A stretch of DNA of 64,000 nt. It comes from Stegostoma tigrinum (lineage: Eukaryota). A program made the translations under genes and the position numbers. Shown piece by piece: positions 25,255 through 36,469 of this stretch (its first letter is position 1; each line of letters opens with the position of its first letter). Where the stretch lies: positions 19,373,247-19,437,246 of the forward strand of contig NC_081385.1 of the NCBI RefSeq assembly GCF_030684315.1, given 5' to 3'. The notes beneath the pieces were generated by a model. It was not told the origin of the DNA. It saw nothing but the letters and a program-made list of their open reading frames with translations, and searched no databases.

Positions 25255-25333
25255 TTTTTGAGAGCAATTGAGGATAGACAATAAATGGAGACTTAGCTAG
25301 AGATGACCACACCACATGAAAGAATAAAAAAAA
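25255..25333 (+). mobile_element. L2/Crack-like LINE or SINE 3' tail
   Basis: GAGAGCAATTGAGGATAGACAATAAATGG...CACACCACATGAAAGAATAAAAAAA, matches the tails at ~30300-30378 and ~46020-46093. Confidence 0.55.
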
Positions 25334-26099
25334 GGCAATTCACAGTTTAAAATATTACAGTTGAGGCATTAATCTGGCAGTTAGATTCCCATTCCTGCTT
25401 TAAGACGTCTATGTCCTCAACCTGTCCTTCATCTCTCAACATGTTGTAACGTTGAGCCATGGGGATGGTGTTATGGGATGTATGGTATTGCCCTGCTTGA
25501 GTCCTTCTCATATAGTATCATTTGTAATTCAGCAGCCATCAAACAGCAGGTCACTCATTCACACACTTGCAAACTCATTCCTACAGACGCTATCCCATTT
25601 GATTCCTAGTTCTGCTTCCTTCAATTTTGCTCATGACCTTTTAGCACTCTATGCGTCAATCTTATCAGAGAATCTAATGTGTTGAGATGCCTTTTAAGTT
25701 TGCAAATGTCGGAATTGTGCCTATACATTTTATTCCCACAACTATGCAATTGTGCACCAATTCAGATCCGCAACTTGAGCTGTGAATAATGATGCAATTA
25801 GCTGATTCATGAAGGATCGGGTGTTTTTGATATGTTGCCCTTGTGGTTACTGACTGGCAACAACATCCAAAAATAGGCCCTGATCTGCCATATTTGAGAC
25901 ATACTGGTCCAAATGATGTAGCATTACATTGGACAGTCCTTTTACCCAAATCTCCATTGTAAAAGTTTCATGTTTAACACGTTCCTGACCTCAACCATGA
26001 AAATAGCACCAGGTTTCTCTTCTCAAGAAATTTATTTTAAAAATGCTCGATGCAGGCATTTTTAAAAATTTATTCTTGGGTATTTCTTGTAAGAATCCC

Positions 26100-26406
26100 T
26101 ACAAGACTGTTGGCCCAACAGGTCCACACGATTTTCCAAACAGCATCCGATCAAGCCTAGCCACTTACATATTGTGTCCCTCTAAACCTGCACTTCCACC
26201 TAACCTACACAACCCAAGCACAACAGGCAATTTAACACGGCCAATCCACCTAACCTGCACATCTTTAGGCTGTGGGAGGAAACTGGAGCAAATCCACACA
26301 GACATGAGAAGAATGTGCAAACTCCACACAGACAGTCATCTGAGGCTGGGATTGAACCTGGATCTTTAGTACCGTGAGGTAGTAGTGCTGGCCACTGAGC
26401 CACCAT
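26100..26406 (-). mobile_element. V-SINE (HE1-like) tRNA-derived SINE
   Basis: Minus strand GGTGGCTCAGTGG (A box), GGTTCAATCCC (B box), V-domain-like CTGTGTGGAGTTTGCACATTCT..GATGTGCAGGTTAGGTGGATTGGCC. Confidence 0.85.
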
Positions 26407-28293
26407 TTATTGCACATCTTGAGCAGCCTGAATGGACCAGCAAAAACTGTTAATCTCAGTGCCAGTCAACGGTTAATTTATTCTTTGTCACAAATTATGT
26501 GTAAAAATGTGCTACTTCTTCCAATGTCAGTCTATGTAACAACACCTGCCACTAACAAGAACAAACTGTGCACTGACTCGACAATTCCCGCTTACCTGTC
26601 ATGCTGTATCACCATTATTTTATGTTGCAAAGAAAGTTTTTGTTCCTGCCACCTCCTCTGTACTTAAAACAGCATTCAGTTTGTGTGCTTAAGTGCTTTC
26701 TTTTGTCAAGTTGGAAGACCTTCACGCAGGCACAATCCTCTTGAGCTTCTAGAAATTGGGATTGATTCAGGCCATCACTAGCTCTTATTTTTTGCATGCA
26801 TGTTTGTAGACAGACTCTTACTTAAATGATAACAATTCAACATGCTATGTGAGTGCCATCAAATTCAAAGTAAGATGTGTTTGTTTTGTGATAACTATTT
26901 TAGCTTTGTCATGATTATTTTTTGCAATATTTTTCGGTAATATATTTCTTGATGTATCTTGTTACCATTTGTAGAAAAGAGAGATGCTCATTGCAGTGCA
27001 GCACGTACACATGCAGTTGGAAAATAGACCATTCTGCTGATAACACTTTAAGGCAAGATGGAAGTGGGAACAGCCCAGACAGAAAGCAGTGAGTGGAAGA
27101 TTGAAGGAGACATCAGCAGCATGTTACCAGAGAAAATCACTCAAATGGAAAAGGTTTTTTAAGATTCAGTCTGCAAGTTTGTTTACTTAAAAGAAGTCCA
27201 GCTTTCCGAAACATAACTGGAAAAAACTAAGTTTTGTGGATTCTTGACCTCATGATTATAAGTAGGAAAACTCAATATAAGCTACAGGATGGACAAGCCT
27301 GAACATTAAATGTCTTAAATCCCAATACAAAAATACATCAGCTCACCAGAGATTCAGCTCTGAGATCAGCTTTGAACTCCGCAATTTTCAGACAGACACC
27401 AAGGACTATTGGAAGATAAGCAAAGCCATGTTGTACAATGAATCTGAACATATGATTACTTTTTGTGAGATGGACAGATTTAGATATGACATTTTGTGGA
27501 CAATGTGAGAGCATTGAACAAGATATTTGCTGAAAGTAATGTAACTCAGTAATCTGAAGGTTGTCAAACACATGCTCTGTTGCTCATTGATCAATGCATG
27601 TTAACTAATACTATCCTGTGGGAATGAAAAGCAGGACATTTGTAGACTTTTAAAAACAGAACAGGAGACGTGAATATTTACAGTCCACCATCACCAAGCC
27701 AACAGGAATCATAATGATAAAGAAATCTTCACAACTAGAATAATTTGAGGAAGTGATGGCCCAGTAATATCACTAGACTATTAATCCAAAAACTCAAGTA
27801 ATGTTCTGAGAGCTTGGGTTTAAATAATGTCATGATGAAATTTTAATTCAATGGAGGATGAAACGAATCCACTGCCAATTCTCATTTTTCTTAAAAATCC
27901 AGTTGGGAAAGGAAATCTGCCATCTCTACTCGTCTGGCCTATTTATGACCCCAGACCCACAGCAATGTGGTTGACTCTGAAATGGGCTAGCAACCCATTC
28001 AGTTGTAACAATTGCTACAAAATTTCAAAATAATCTGTTAAAATGGATGCGTCACCTGGCATCAATCTAGGCACCAAAAATGACACCATCAATACCGGAC
28101 CATGGATCTTGCAAGGTCCTCCGCACTAATATCTGGGTCCAGTCCCAAAATTGGGAGAGCTGTCTCACAGGCTAATCATGCAACATAGTCATATTCACAG
28201 AGTTGTACTTTACAGGCATTGTCCACTGTATCACCATCCTTGGATATGTCCTGCCCAATTGATCAGAAACTGAACTGGACTAGCTTTTGAAAT

Positions 28294-28394
28294 AAGGATA
28301 GTAAGAACTGCCAATGCTGGAGTCAGAGATAACACAGTAGTGGAGGAACACAACAGGCCACGCAGCATCAGAGGAGTGGGAAAGCTGATGTTTC
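28294..28394 (-). mobile_element. Penelope-like pLTR fragment
   Basis: AAGGATAGTAAGAACTGCCAATGCTGGAGTCAGAGATAACACAG...GCTGATGTTTC. Confidence 0.75.
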
Positions 28395-29460
28395 AAGAAC
28401 AGCCTCAGCAGAGATGACAGTTATTTGCCCGAGGAGTCCTCAAAACTATCTCTGACCACCATGAAATTTCATGGTATCAGGTCAAACATGGGCAAGGAAA
28501 CTTCTTTATGATTATTACATTCAATCCTTGAAGGAAGCATTAAGGGTGGCAAAGATGCAAAATATACTCTGAGAGGGGCGACTTCAATGTCCATCACCAA
28601 GACTGGCTTGGCAGCGGCACTACTGTTTGAGCTGGTCAAGACCTCAAGAACATAGCTGCTAGACTGGATCTACAGCAGGTGCTGAGGGAACCAACAAACT
28701 GACCTCATCCCTACCAATCTTCCTGCCACAGATGAGCCTGTGCATGTCAGAATTGTGAAGAGTTCCCACAGCATAGTACAAATGGTGATGAAATCCAACT
28801 TCCACAATAAGAACACCACCCATTGTGTTTGATGTCAGTATCACCATGTTAAATAGGACAGACGTTGAACAGATCAGGCAACTTAAAACTGGGCATCAGC
28901 AGCAGAAATATATCCATCACAGTCTGCAACCTCCTGGCCAGCATAACCTCACAAAACCATTACTATCAAACCAGGGGATCAACTCTGGTTCAATGGAGGG
29001 CAGAGGAGGGCAGTACTAGATGCACTTAAAAAATAGATGTCAATCTGGTGAAACTACCAAACAAGACTACTTGCATACCTAACAGCATCAGGAACAGGTG
29101 ATTGACAGAGCTAAGTGATCCTGCAAACAAAGGATGTGTCTTAAGTTCCTTGGTCTTGCCACATCCAGCTCTGAACATGCTGGAAAATTAAACAACTCAC
29201 TGAAGGAGGAGGCTTCAGAAATATCTCCATCCTCAATGATGTGTGCACCAAGGACATCCATTGAACAGAAGCATATGCAACAATACTAAGCAAGAATAAA
29301 TTATCCATCTCAGCCACCTCCAGTAGTCCCCTGATCAGCAATAAACCACTCTAATCTTCATCCCTTGACATTTACTGGCATTATAATCACTGAGTACTCC
29401 ATTGTCAACATTTTGTGGGTTATCATTGACAAAAAAATGAATTGGACTCGCTTTTTGAAT

Positions 29461-29644
29461 AAGGATAGTAAGAACTGCCAATGCTAGAGTCAGAGATAAC
29501 ACAGTGTGGAGCTGGAGGAACACAGCAGGCCAGGCAGTGTCAGAGGAGTGGAAAAGTTGACGCTTCGGATAGGGACCCTTCCTAGACATCTGCTTTCCTG
29601 CTCCTCTGATGCAGCCTGGCCTGCTGTGTTTTGCTGTGTTATCT
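29461..29644. mobile_element. Penelope-like fold-back mini-insertion inside the L2/Crack LINE
   Basis: Inverted pLTR arms; degenerate TSD CTCGCTTTTTGAAT (29447) / CTAGCTTTTTAAAT (29645). Confidence 0.8.
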
Positions 29645-29814
29645 CTAGCTTTTTAAATATCTTGCAACAACAGCAGGCCAATGGCTCAGAATACCATGGT
29701 GAGCTACTCACCTCCTGACTCATCTGCCTCTTCACTGTCTAACATCTACCAGGCACAAGTGAGGAATATGATGGAATACTCCTCAGATGCCCGAACGAAT
29801 GCAGTTTCCACAAT

Positions 29815-29955
29815 CAACAATAAAGATAAAATACTGTGGATATTGAAGATCTGAAACAAGCACACAGAATGCTAGAGAAATTCACCAGGTTTGGTGACAT
29901 CTGTGGTGAGACAAACAGAGTTAAGGTTTTGAATCTGATCTGACTCTTCTTTAGA
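29815..29955 (-). mobile_element. Penelope-like pLTR fragment (subfamily B), degraded
   Basis: ACTGTGGATATTGAAGATCTGAAACAAG..GACATCTGTGGTGAGACAAACAGAGTTAAGGTTTTGA..GACTCTTCTT. Confidence 0.65.
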
Positions 29956-30872
29956 ACAGTCATGAAGCTTGACACCAGCCAGGACAAATCAGCCAATTTG
30001 ATTGGTATGACATCCACCAATGAACAATCTAGAAAATGCACTGTAGAAATTTACCAAAGATCCTTGGATAGCACTTTCCAAACCCTGAACCACTTCCATC
30101 TAAATCCATCCAGCAGATACATGGGAACTCCAACAAATACAAATTCCCGCCAAGCCATGCATCATCTTCACTTGAAATATATCACCATTCCTTCAGGCAC
30201 AATGTGTCAAAATCCTGGAATTCCCTCCGTCAGGGCAATGTGGGTTGACTTATTGTACAGAGACTGCGGCAATTCAACAAGGCTGCTCACCACCACCTTC
30301 TGAAGGACCACTAAGGATCAGCAATACATACTGCCCCAGCCAGCGATGCCAACATCACACAAGTAAATAAAAGGAAAATGATGCACGGTAACATACTTTG
30401 AGAAAACCAGCATAACTTGAAATAGTATCGGTCATGAGCACCCCACAGAATAATTCTTACCTTTGACATGGATTGAGGCAAACCTTTAACATCAAAAGTT
30501 TGATAAAAGTATAATATCCTGTATTAATTAAAAACAAATCTGAAGTGATGCTGCTGAATTTGGTGTACATCATTCTCAAAGTACACAAATGTCTGGTCGT
30601 TGTTATGTCATAACTGTTGGATTGGAATTACCAATTAGTTACCAGTTAAACTGGTCGAACCCCACTCCATATCTTATATTTATCCATATCCTGCAGGAGC
30701 TATCAGACATCTTTATTGTTGACAGTGCCACCTTCCAGTGCATGTTTTCATTTGAGCTTTAAGACAGAGAATTGAATCAACAGAGACTGGCAGACCTGAA
30801 CAGTAACTTGCCAAATGGTGCATTATTTTCAGTCCTGAGAACAGTGGAGCTCCGATTGACGTTTGAGCCGCT

Positions 30873-33430
30873 ATAGAACATACATAGAACATAGAACATT
30901 ACAGCACAGTACAGGCCCTTCTGTCCTTGATGTTGTGCCGACCTGTCATACCGTTCTGAAGCCCATCTAACCTACACTATTCCATGTACGTCCATATGCT
31001 TGACCAATGACGACTTAAATGTACCCAAAGTTGGCGAATCTACTACCGTTGCAGGCAAAGCGTTCCATTCCCTTACTACTCTCTGAGTAAAGAAACTACC
31101 TCTGACATCTGCCCTATATCTTTCACCCCTCAATTTAAAGCTATGCCCCCTCGTGCTCGCCGTCACCATCCTAGGAAAAAGGCTCTCCCTATCCACCCTA
31201 TTTAACCCTCTGATTAATTTATATGTCTCAATTAAGTCACCTCTCAACCTTCTTCTCTCTAATGAAAACAGCCTCAAGTCCCTCAGCCTTTCCTCGTAAG
31301 ACCTTCCCTCCATGCCAGGCAACATCCTAGTAAATCTCCTCTGCACCCTTTCCAAAGCTTCCACATCCTTCTTATAATGCGGTGACCAGAACTGTACGCA
31401 ATACTCCAAGTGCGGCCGCACCAGAGTTTTGTACAGCTGCAGCATAACCTCTTGGTTCCGGAACTCGATCCCTCTATTAATAAAAGCTAAAACACTGTAT
31501 GCCTTCTTAACAGCCCTGTCAACCTGGGTGGCAACTTTCAAGGATCTGTGTACATGGACACCGAGATCTCTCTGCTCATCTACACTACCAAGAATCTTAC
31601 CATTAGTACAGAACTTTGCCTTCCGGTTACTCCTACCGAAGCGCATCACCCCACGCTTGTCCGCATTAAACTCCATTTGCCACGTCTCTGCCCAGCCCTG
31701 CAGCTTATCTATGTCTCTCTGCAACCTACAGCATCCCTCGTCACTATCCACAACTCCACCGACCTTAGTGTCATCTGCAAATTTACTAACCCATCCTTCT
31801 ACACCCTCATCCAGGTCATTTATAAAAATGACAAACAGCAGTGGACCCAACACCGACCCTTGCGGTACACCACTAGTAACTGGTCTCCAGGGTGAACATT
31901 TCCCATCAACTACCACCCTCTGTCTTCTTTCAGCAAGCCAATTTCCGATCCAAACTGCTATATCTCCCACAATCCCATTCCTCTGCATTTTGTACAATAG
32001 CCTACTGTGGGGAACCTTATTGAACGCCTTGCTGAAATCCATATACACCACATCAACTGGTTTACTCTCATCTACCTGTTTGGTCACCTTCTCAAAGAAC
32101 GCAATAAGGTTTGTGAGGCACGACCTACCCTTCACAAAACCGTGCTGTCTATCCCTAATCAATTTATTCTTTTCGAGATGATTATATATCCTATCTCTTA
32201 TAACCTTTTCTAACACTTTACCAACAACTGAGGTAAGGCTCACTGGTCTATAATTACCAGGGTTGTCTCTACTCCCCTTCTTGAACAGGGGAACCACATT
32301 TGCTATCCTCCAGTCGTCTGGCACTATTCCTGTAGACAATAGTGAATTAAAGATCAATGCCAAAGGCTCGGCAATCTCCTCACTGGCTTCCCAGAGGCTC
32401 CTAGGACAAATCCCATCTGACCCAGGGGACTTAACTATCTTCACACTCTGTAGGATTTCTAATACCTCTTCCTTGTGAAACTCAATCCCACCAGTCTAGT
32501 AGCCTGTATCTCAGTATTCTCCTCAACAACATTGTCATTTTCTAGAGTGAATACTGTCGAAAAATATTCATTTAGTGCTTCCCCTATCTCCTCTGACTCC
32601 ACACACAACTTCCCACTACTATCCTTGATTGGCCCTAATCTTACTTTCGTCATTCTTTTATTCCTTAAATACCTATAGAAAGCCTTAGGGTTTACCCTGA
32701 TCCTATCTGCCAACATCTTCTAATGTCTCCTCCTGGCTCTTCTGAGCTCTCCCTTTAGGTCTTTCCTGGCTACCTCGTAGCCCTCAAGCGCCCTAACTAA
32801 GCCTTCACATCGCATCTTAACATAAGTCTTCTTCTTCCTCTTGACCAGAGATTCCACCTCCTTCGTAAACCATGGCTGCCGCGCTCTACAGCTTCCTCCC
32901 TGCCTGACAGGTACATACTTATCCAGGATACACAGGAGCTTTTCCTTGAATAAGCTCCACATTTCTACTGTGACCATCCCCTGCAGTTTCCTTCCCCATC
33001 CTATGCTCCCTAAATCTTGCCTAATCTCATCATAATTGCCTTTCCCCCAGCTATAACTCTTGCCCAGTGGTATACACCTATCCCTTTCCATCACTAAAGT
33101 AAACATAACAGAATTGTGATCGCTATCACCAAAGTGCTCACCTACTTCCAAATCTAACACCTGGCCGGGCTCATTATCCAGTACCAAATGTAATGTGGCT
33201 TCGCCCCTTGTTGGCCTATCTACATACTGTGTCAGGAAGGCCTCCTGCACACACTGAACAAAAACTGACCCATCTATAGTACTCAAACTATAGTGTTCCC
33301 AGTCAATATTTGGAAAATTGAAGTCCCCCATGACAACTACCTGTCTCTCTCACTCCTATCGAGCATCTTCTTTGCTATCCTTTCCTCTACATCTCTGGAA
33401 CTATTCGGTGGCCTATAGAAAACTCCCAAC
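30873..33430 (-). mobile_element. young 5'-truncated CR1 LINE
   Basis: (ATAGAAC)n tail at 30873-30899; ORF2 from EN motif MGDFNFPNIDW to stop, interrupted only by one nonsense codon (32720-32722) and one frameshift (~32460). Confidence 0.95.
30972..32444 (-). CDS. CR1 reverse transcriptase domain + C-terminus, 490-aa open frame (part of disrupted ORF2)
   Basis: KSPGSDG, NYRPVSLTS, QHGFVKGRSCLTNL, DFSKAFNKVPH, GVPQGSVLGPLLF, FADD, RPHLEYCVQFWSP. Confidence 0.9.
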   Translation of the reverse strand: MKIVKSPGSDGICPRSLWEASEEIAEPLALIFNSLLSTGIVPDDWRIANVVPLFKKGSRDNPGNYRPVSLTSVVGKVLEKVIRDRIYNHLEKNKLIRDRQHGFVKGRSCLTNLIAFFEKVTKQVDESKPVDVVYMDFSKAFNKVPHSRLLYKMQRNGIVGDIAVWIGNWLAERRQRVVVDGKCSPWRPVTSGVPQGSVLGPLLFVIFINDLDEGVEGWVSKFADDTKVGGVVDSDEGCCRLQRDIDKLQGWAETWQMEFNADKRGVMRFGRSNRKAKFCTNGKILGSVDEQRDLGVHVHRSLKVATQVDRAVKKAYSVLAFINRGIEFRNQEVMLQLYKTLVRPHLEYCVQFWSPHYKKDVEALERVQRRFTRMLPGMEGRSYEERLRDLRLFSLERRRLRGDLIETYKLIRGLNRVDRESLFPRMVTASTRGHSFKLRGERYRADVRGSFFTQRVVREWNALPATVVDSPTLGTFKSSLVKHMDVHGIV

Positions 33431-33799
33431 ATAATAAGATAAATAACAAATCAGAATCTCCTTTTACATGCATCTGATTTATACAGTCTGTACTTAAGGT
33501 TGACAAGGCATCAAGACTGGGTAATGTGCATCCAAGGATATAGAAGGAAGTGAGAGGACAAATGGCAGAGGCATTGCCTGTAAACTTTAAGTTTCCTTTC
33601 ATTTCAGGGCTGGTGGTGTCAGAGGACTGGATAATTGCAAACATTATACTTTTGTTCTTGCATTTACAGACCAGTCGGTTTTGCTTTGGTGATTTGGGAA
33701 ACATCTAAAAACAATAATTCAGAGTCTACTGAAGAGTCACATGGACACATGTAGGTTTACTTAGAAGTGTCAGTATGATTTTATTAAGGGGAATTTATG

Positions 33800-34085
33800 T
33801 ATTTTTAAAATTATTTATTCATGGGTTAGGGGAATTATTTGCGAAGGTACATTGCCCATGCCTAAATGCCCTGCTATCGAGCTGCTATCTTCAAGTGCTG
33901 TAATCCTTGGGTGTGGGGACACTCAGGGTGTTGCTTGAAAAGCAAAACCCAGGTTTTGACCGTGTGACCATGAAGGCATAGCAATATAGTTCCAAATCAG
34001 AGTGGTATGTAGCCTGATGTGGAGCTTGCAAGTGATCGTTTTCCCATGTGCCTGCTGCCCGTCATCTTCCAATAGGTAGAGGTTC
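33800..34085 (-). mobile_element. L2/Crack-like LINE 3' end
   Basis: Homologous to 59915-60200 and, in reverse, to ~30090-30378. Confidence 0.6.
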
Positions 34086-34283
34086 CCCAAATTGTCTTTT
34101 CAGGAGGGAATTTAAAGGGTTGGTGTGGTTAATGTTGTTGATGTGGTGTATATAAACTCCAAAAAAGCATTTGATATAGTGCTACACAACAGAATTGTGA
34201 GCAAAACGAGAACTTATGGAATAACAGCGACAATTTCAAAATGGTTACAAAATTGCCTGAGTGACAAGAAATTGTGTAATGCT

Positions 34284-34288
<5 letters not shown>

Positions 34289-34321
<33 letters not shown>
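34289..34321. repeat. (AT)n microsatellite
   Basis: Uninterrupted AT dinucleotide run. Confidence 0.97.
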
Positions 34322-34327
<6 letters not shown>

Positions 34328-34993
34328 CTGGAGGAAGGTTTGTGGCTATCCATGCATTCGGATCCTTGCTTTACCTTCAGTACCTCAGTGATATAGATGG
34401 CTTCATTTCAAAGTATGCAAATTAAACAAACTGCAGAAACACTGTAAAGTTCAAACTTCAAAAGGATATGGACAAGTTGGTGAAGTAGGAAAGTAGATGG
34501 CAGATGAAGTTCAGTGCTAGGAAGCATAAGGTGGTTCATTTTTGTAAGAAGAACATAGAGAGATGGTTCAAAATAAAAGGTATTACTCTAAAGTGTGTGC
34601 AGGAGTAGAGAGATCTGGGTATATATGTACATAAACCCTTAGAGATGGCAGGATGGAGAGAGCTGTTAATAAAGTTTACAGTATTCTGCAGTATTCTCAG
34701 CTTCATTTGAAGAGACATAGGGTACAAGAGCAAGGATATAATTTTCAACTTTTTGAAGACAAGAATTCAACTTGAGCTGGATTATTGTACAGTGCTGGGT
34801 GTCACATTTCTGTAAGGATGAGAACACACTAAAGAGAGTGTAAAAGAGTTTTAAAAGAATGGTTCCAGGGATGATAACTCCCATTGTGAAAGTAGTCCAG
34901 GTGCCCCTTGTAGAGGTGCAAGAGGATGGTTCCTACTGCCTCTCAAGGTCAGGCAGTTTCCTCCCCGTCAAAACAGGCTACTTTTGCATTAGG

Positions 34994-35155
34994 GATAACA
35001 AAGTGTGGAGCTGGATGAACACAGCAGGCCAAGCACAGTAGGCCCGAAACATCAGCTTTTGTGCTCCTGAGATGCTGCTTGGCCTGCTGTGTTCATCCAG
35101 CTCCACACTTTGTTATCTTGGATTCTCCTGCATTAGCAGTTCCCATTATGTCTGA
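34994..35155. mobile_element. Penelope-like fold-back mini-insertion, 15-bp TSD
   Basis: TSD TACTTTTGCATTAGG at 34979-34993 and 35156-35170; perfect 42-bp inverted arms 34994-35035 / 35076-35117. Confidence 0.92.
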
Positions 35156-36469
35156 TACTTTTGCATTAGGCCTGGTTTTCATGTACTTTTCCATTTTATT
35201 TCACTGGTTCGTTGTCATGCGCAACTAATCCTTAATGATTAGCCTTTCATGGTGTAGTCTGAAGACATTTTTAACTTCAACACTGCAGCCTTGTGAGCAG
35301 TCTCTCTGCAGCCAATTCCTGACACTGAATTTGAACGTGGCATTTTGGGTCAGAGGCAGTAATGCTATCAGATGAACTACAAGACCTCCCTGTGACAATA
35401 TTGGTTATAAATAGGAAATAGATGGCCAATTCATATAGCCTATTTCATGCTATTGTCCTTAAATAAAATAATAACACTTTGTTTTGACAGTAGTGGTTTC
35501 AAACGCTGCAATGACTCAATCGTCTCCTGGTTTGAAGCCATATTTCCTTCATAGGGGAGCAATTAGATGATAAAAGTGCAATGAAAACAAATAGGCAAGA
35601 AAAACATTCAAGCATACATGTCACGTTGAGTGATACACTTGTGTTCCGGACTGTTTGTGCCCAGTGGTAGAATATTACAGCTCTCTTTGATACCTAAAGT
35701 GCAAAGCCATTGGATGGATTGGGATTGATCCAGGAGTGGGCAAAATGCAGCCTATGGAAAGTGAATTTCAAATCAAGACCTGTGTTCCTGACCCACACCA
35801 TTTTCCCTCATCAGGAAATGTGTCAGATCGTGATCCTGCATGCATGTTTCATGTTGCAAGGGTCACCAATTACAAAGACTCTGCACAAATTTGAACTTCA
35901 TTCTCCATGCCATTTTATTTTCAACAGTAATGATATGGAACTATGTGTGATAGTCAACTGGTCAGTTCAAAGGCTGTGGTAAATGACCCCCAAATCTCAT
36001 ACACACCCTCCAAATTCCCTTGCATCCCCTGGCCATTCATTCATATTTCTCCTATTCTTCCTCTAAATCCACCTGCATGATCATGGCATCTCCATGGTCC
36101 CTCCTATCCATTTTACACCCTCCAATACTTTGGCATTTCCATGTCCTGTCTACGGCACCTCATATCCCTCCATTGCTCTGACGCACACTCCATAGCAATC
36201 TTTTAGTACCCAGTGTATGGAAAACTAGTGATCAATTTGATAACAGTGAGAAGTCTTTGAAAGTCTTTGAAAGCCTCAGGAAGAGTCAATATAAACAAAC
36301 GGACTTTGAAAACCTCCTTTGCTATAACCTCCTGCTCTTACAACCTCATCAAACTGTGAACTAACCATAGCCATTGATAGCATCAATGAATAAGATTAAC
36401 ATCACCTTATACCGACAACTTTTGTCCAAAGAAATGAACAGATATTTCTTTGGACAAACAACTAAGAAA

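Larger units (their letters stand above)
27746..30378 (+). mobile_element. L2/Crack-like (CR1-group) LINE, internally deleted, with tRNA-SINE-like 5' head
   Basis: EN-like PKLGELSHRL, GDFNVHHQDWLG; RT C-terminus IYQAQVRNMMEYS, KLDTSQDKSANLIG, SKSWNSL; first ~250 nt colinear with the local SINE. Confidence 0.75.
33470..34875 (+). mobile_element. old CR1 ORF2 fragment with nested insertions
   Basis: LKVDKASRLGNVHPRI, EDWIIANII, QKAFD, QE*RDLGIYVH-like codons. Confidence 0.7.

Noticed and set aside
25380-25950. Very old transposase-like remnant on the minus strand
   Set aside because: Only vague resemblance (QRYN..); no catalytic motif could be read.
26330-26406. tRNA gene
   Set aside because: A/B boxes belong to a SINE head continuing into a V-domain; no complete cloverleaf seen.
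31429-32181. 250-aa plus-strand ORF
   Set aside because: Antisense shadow of the CR1 RT frame; the same applies to 15334-15927 and 13269-13559.
30972-32444. Active or domesticated reverse transcriptase gene
   Set aside because: The element is 5'-truncated with an upstream nonsense codon and frameshift; the open frame reflects youth, not demonstrated function.
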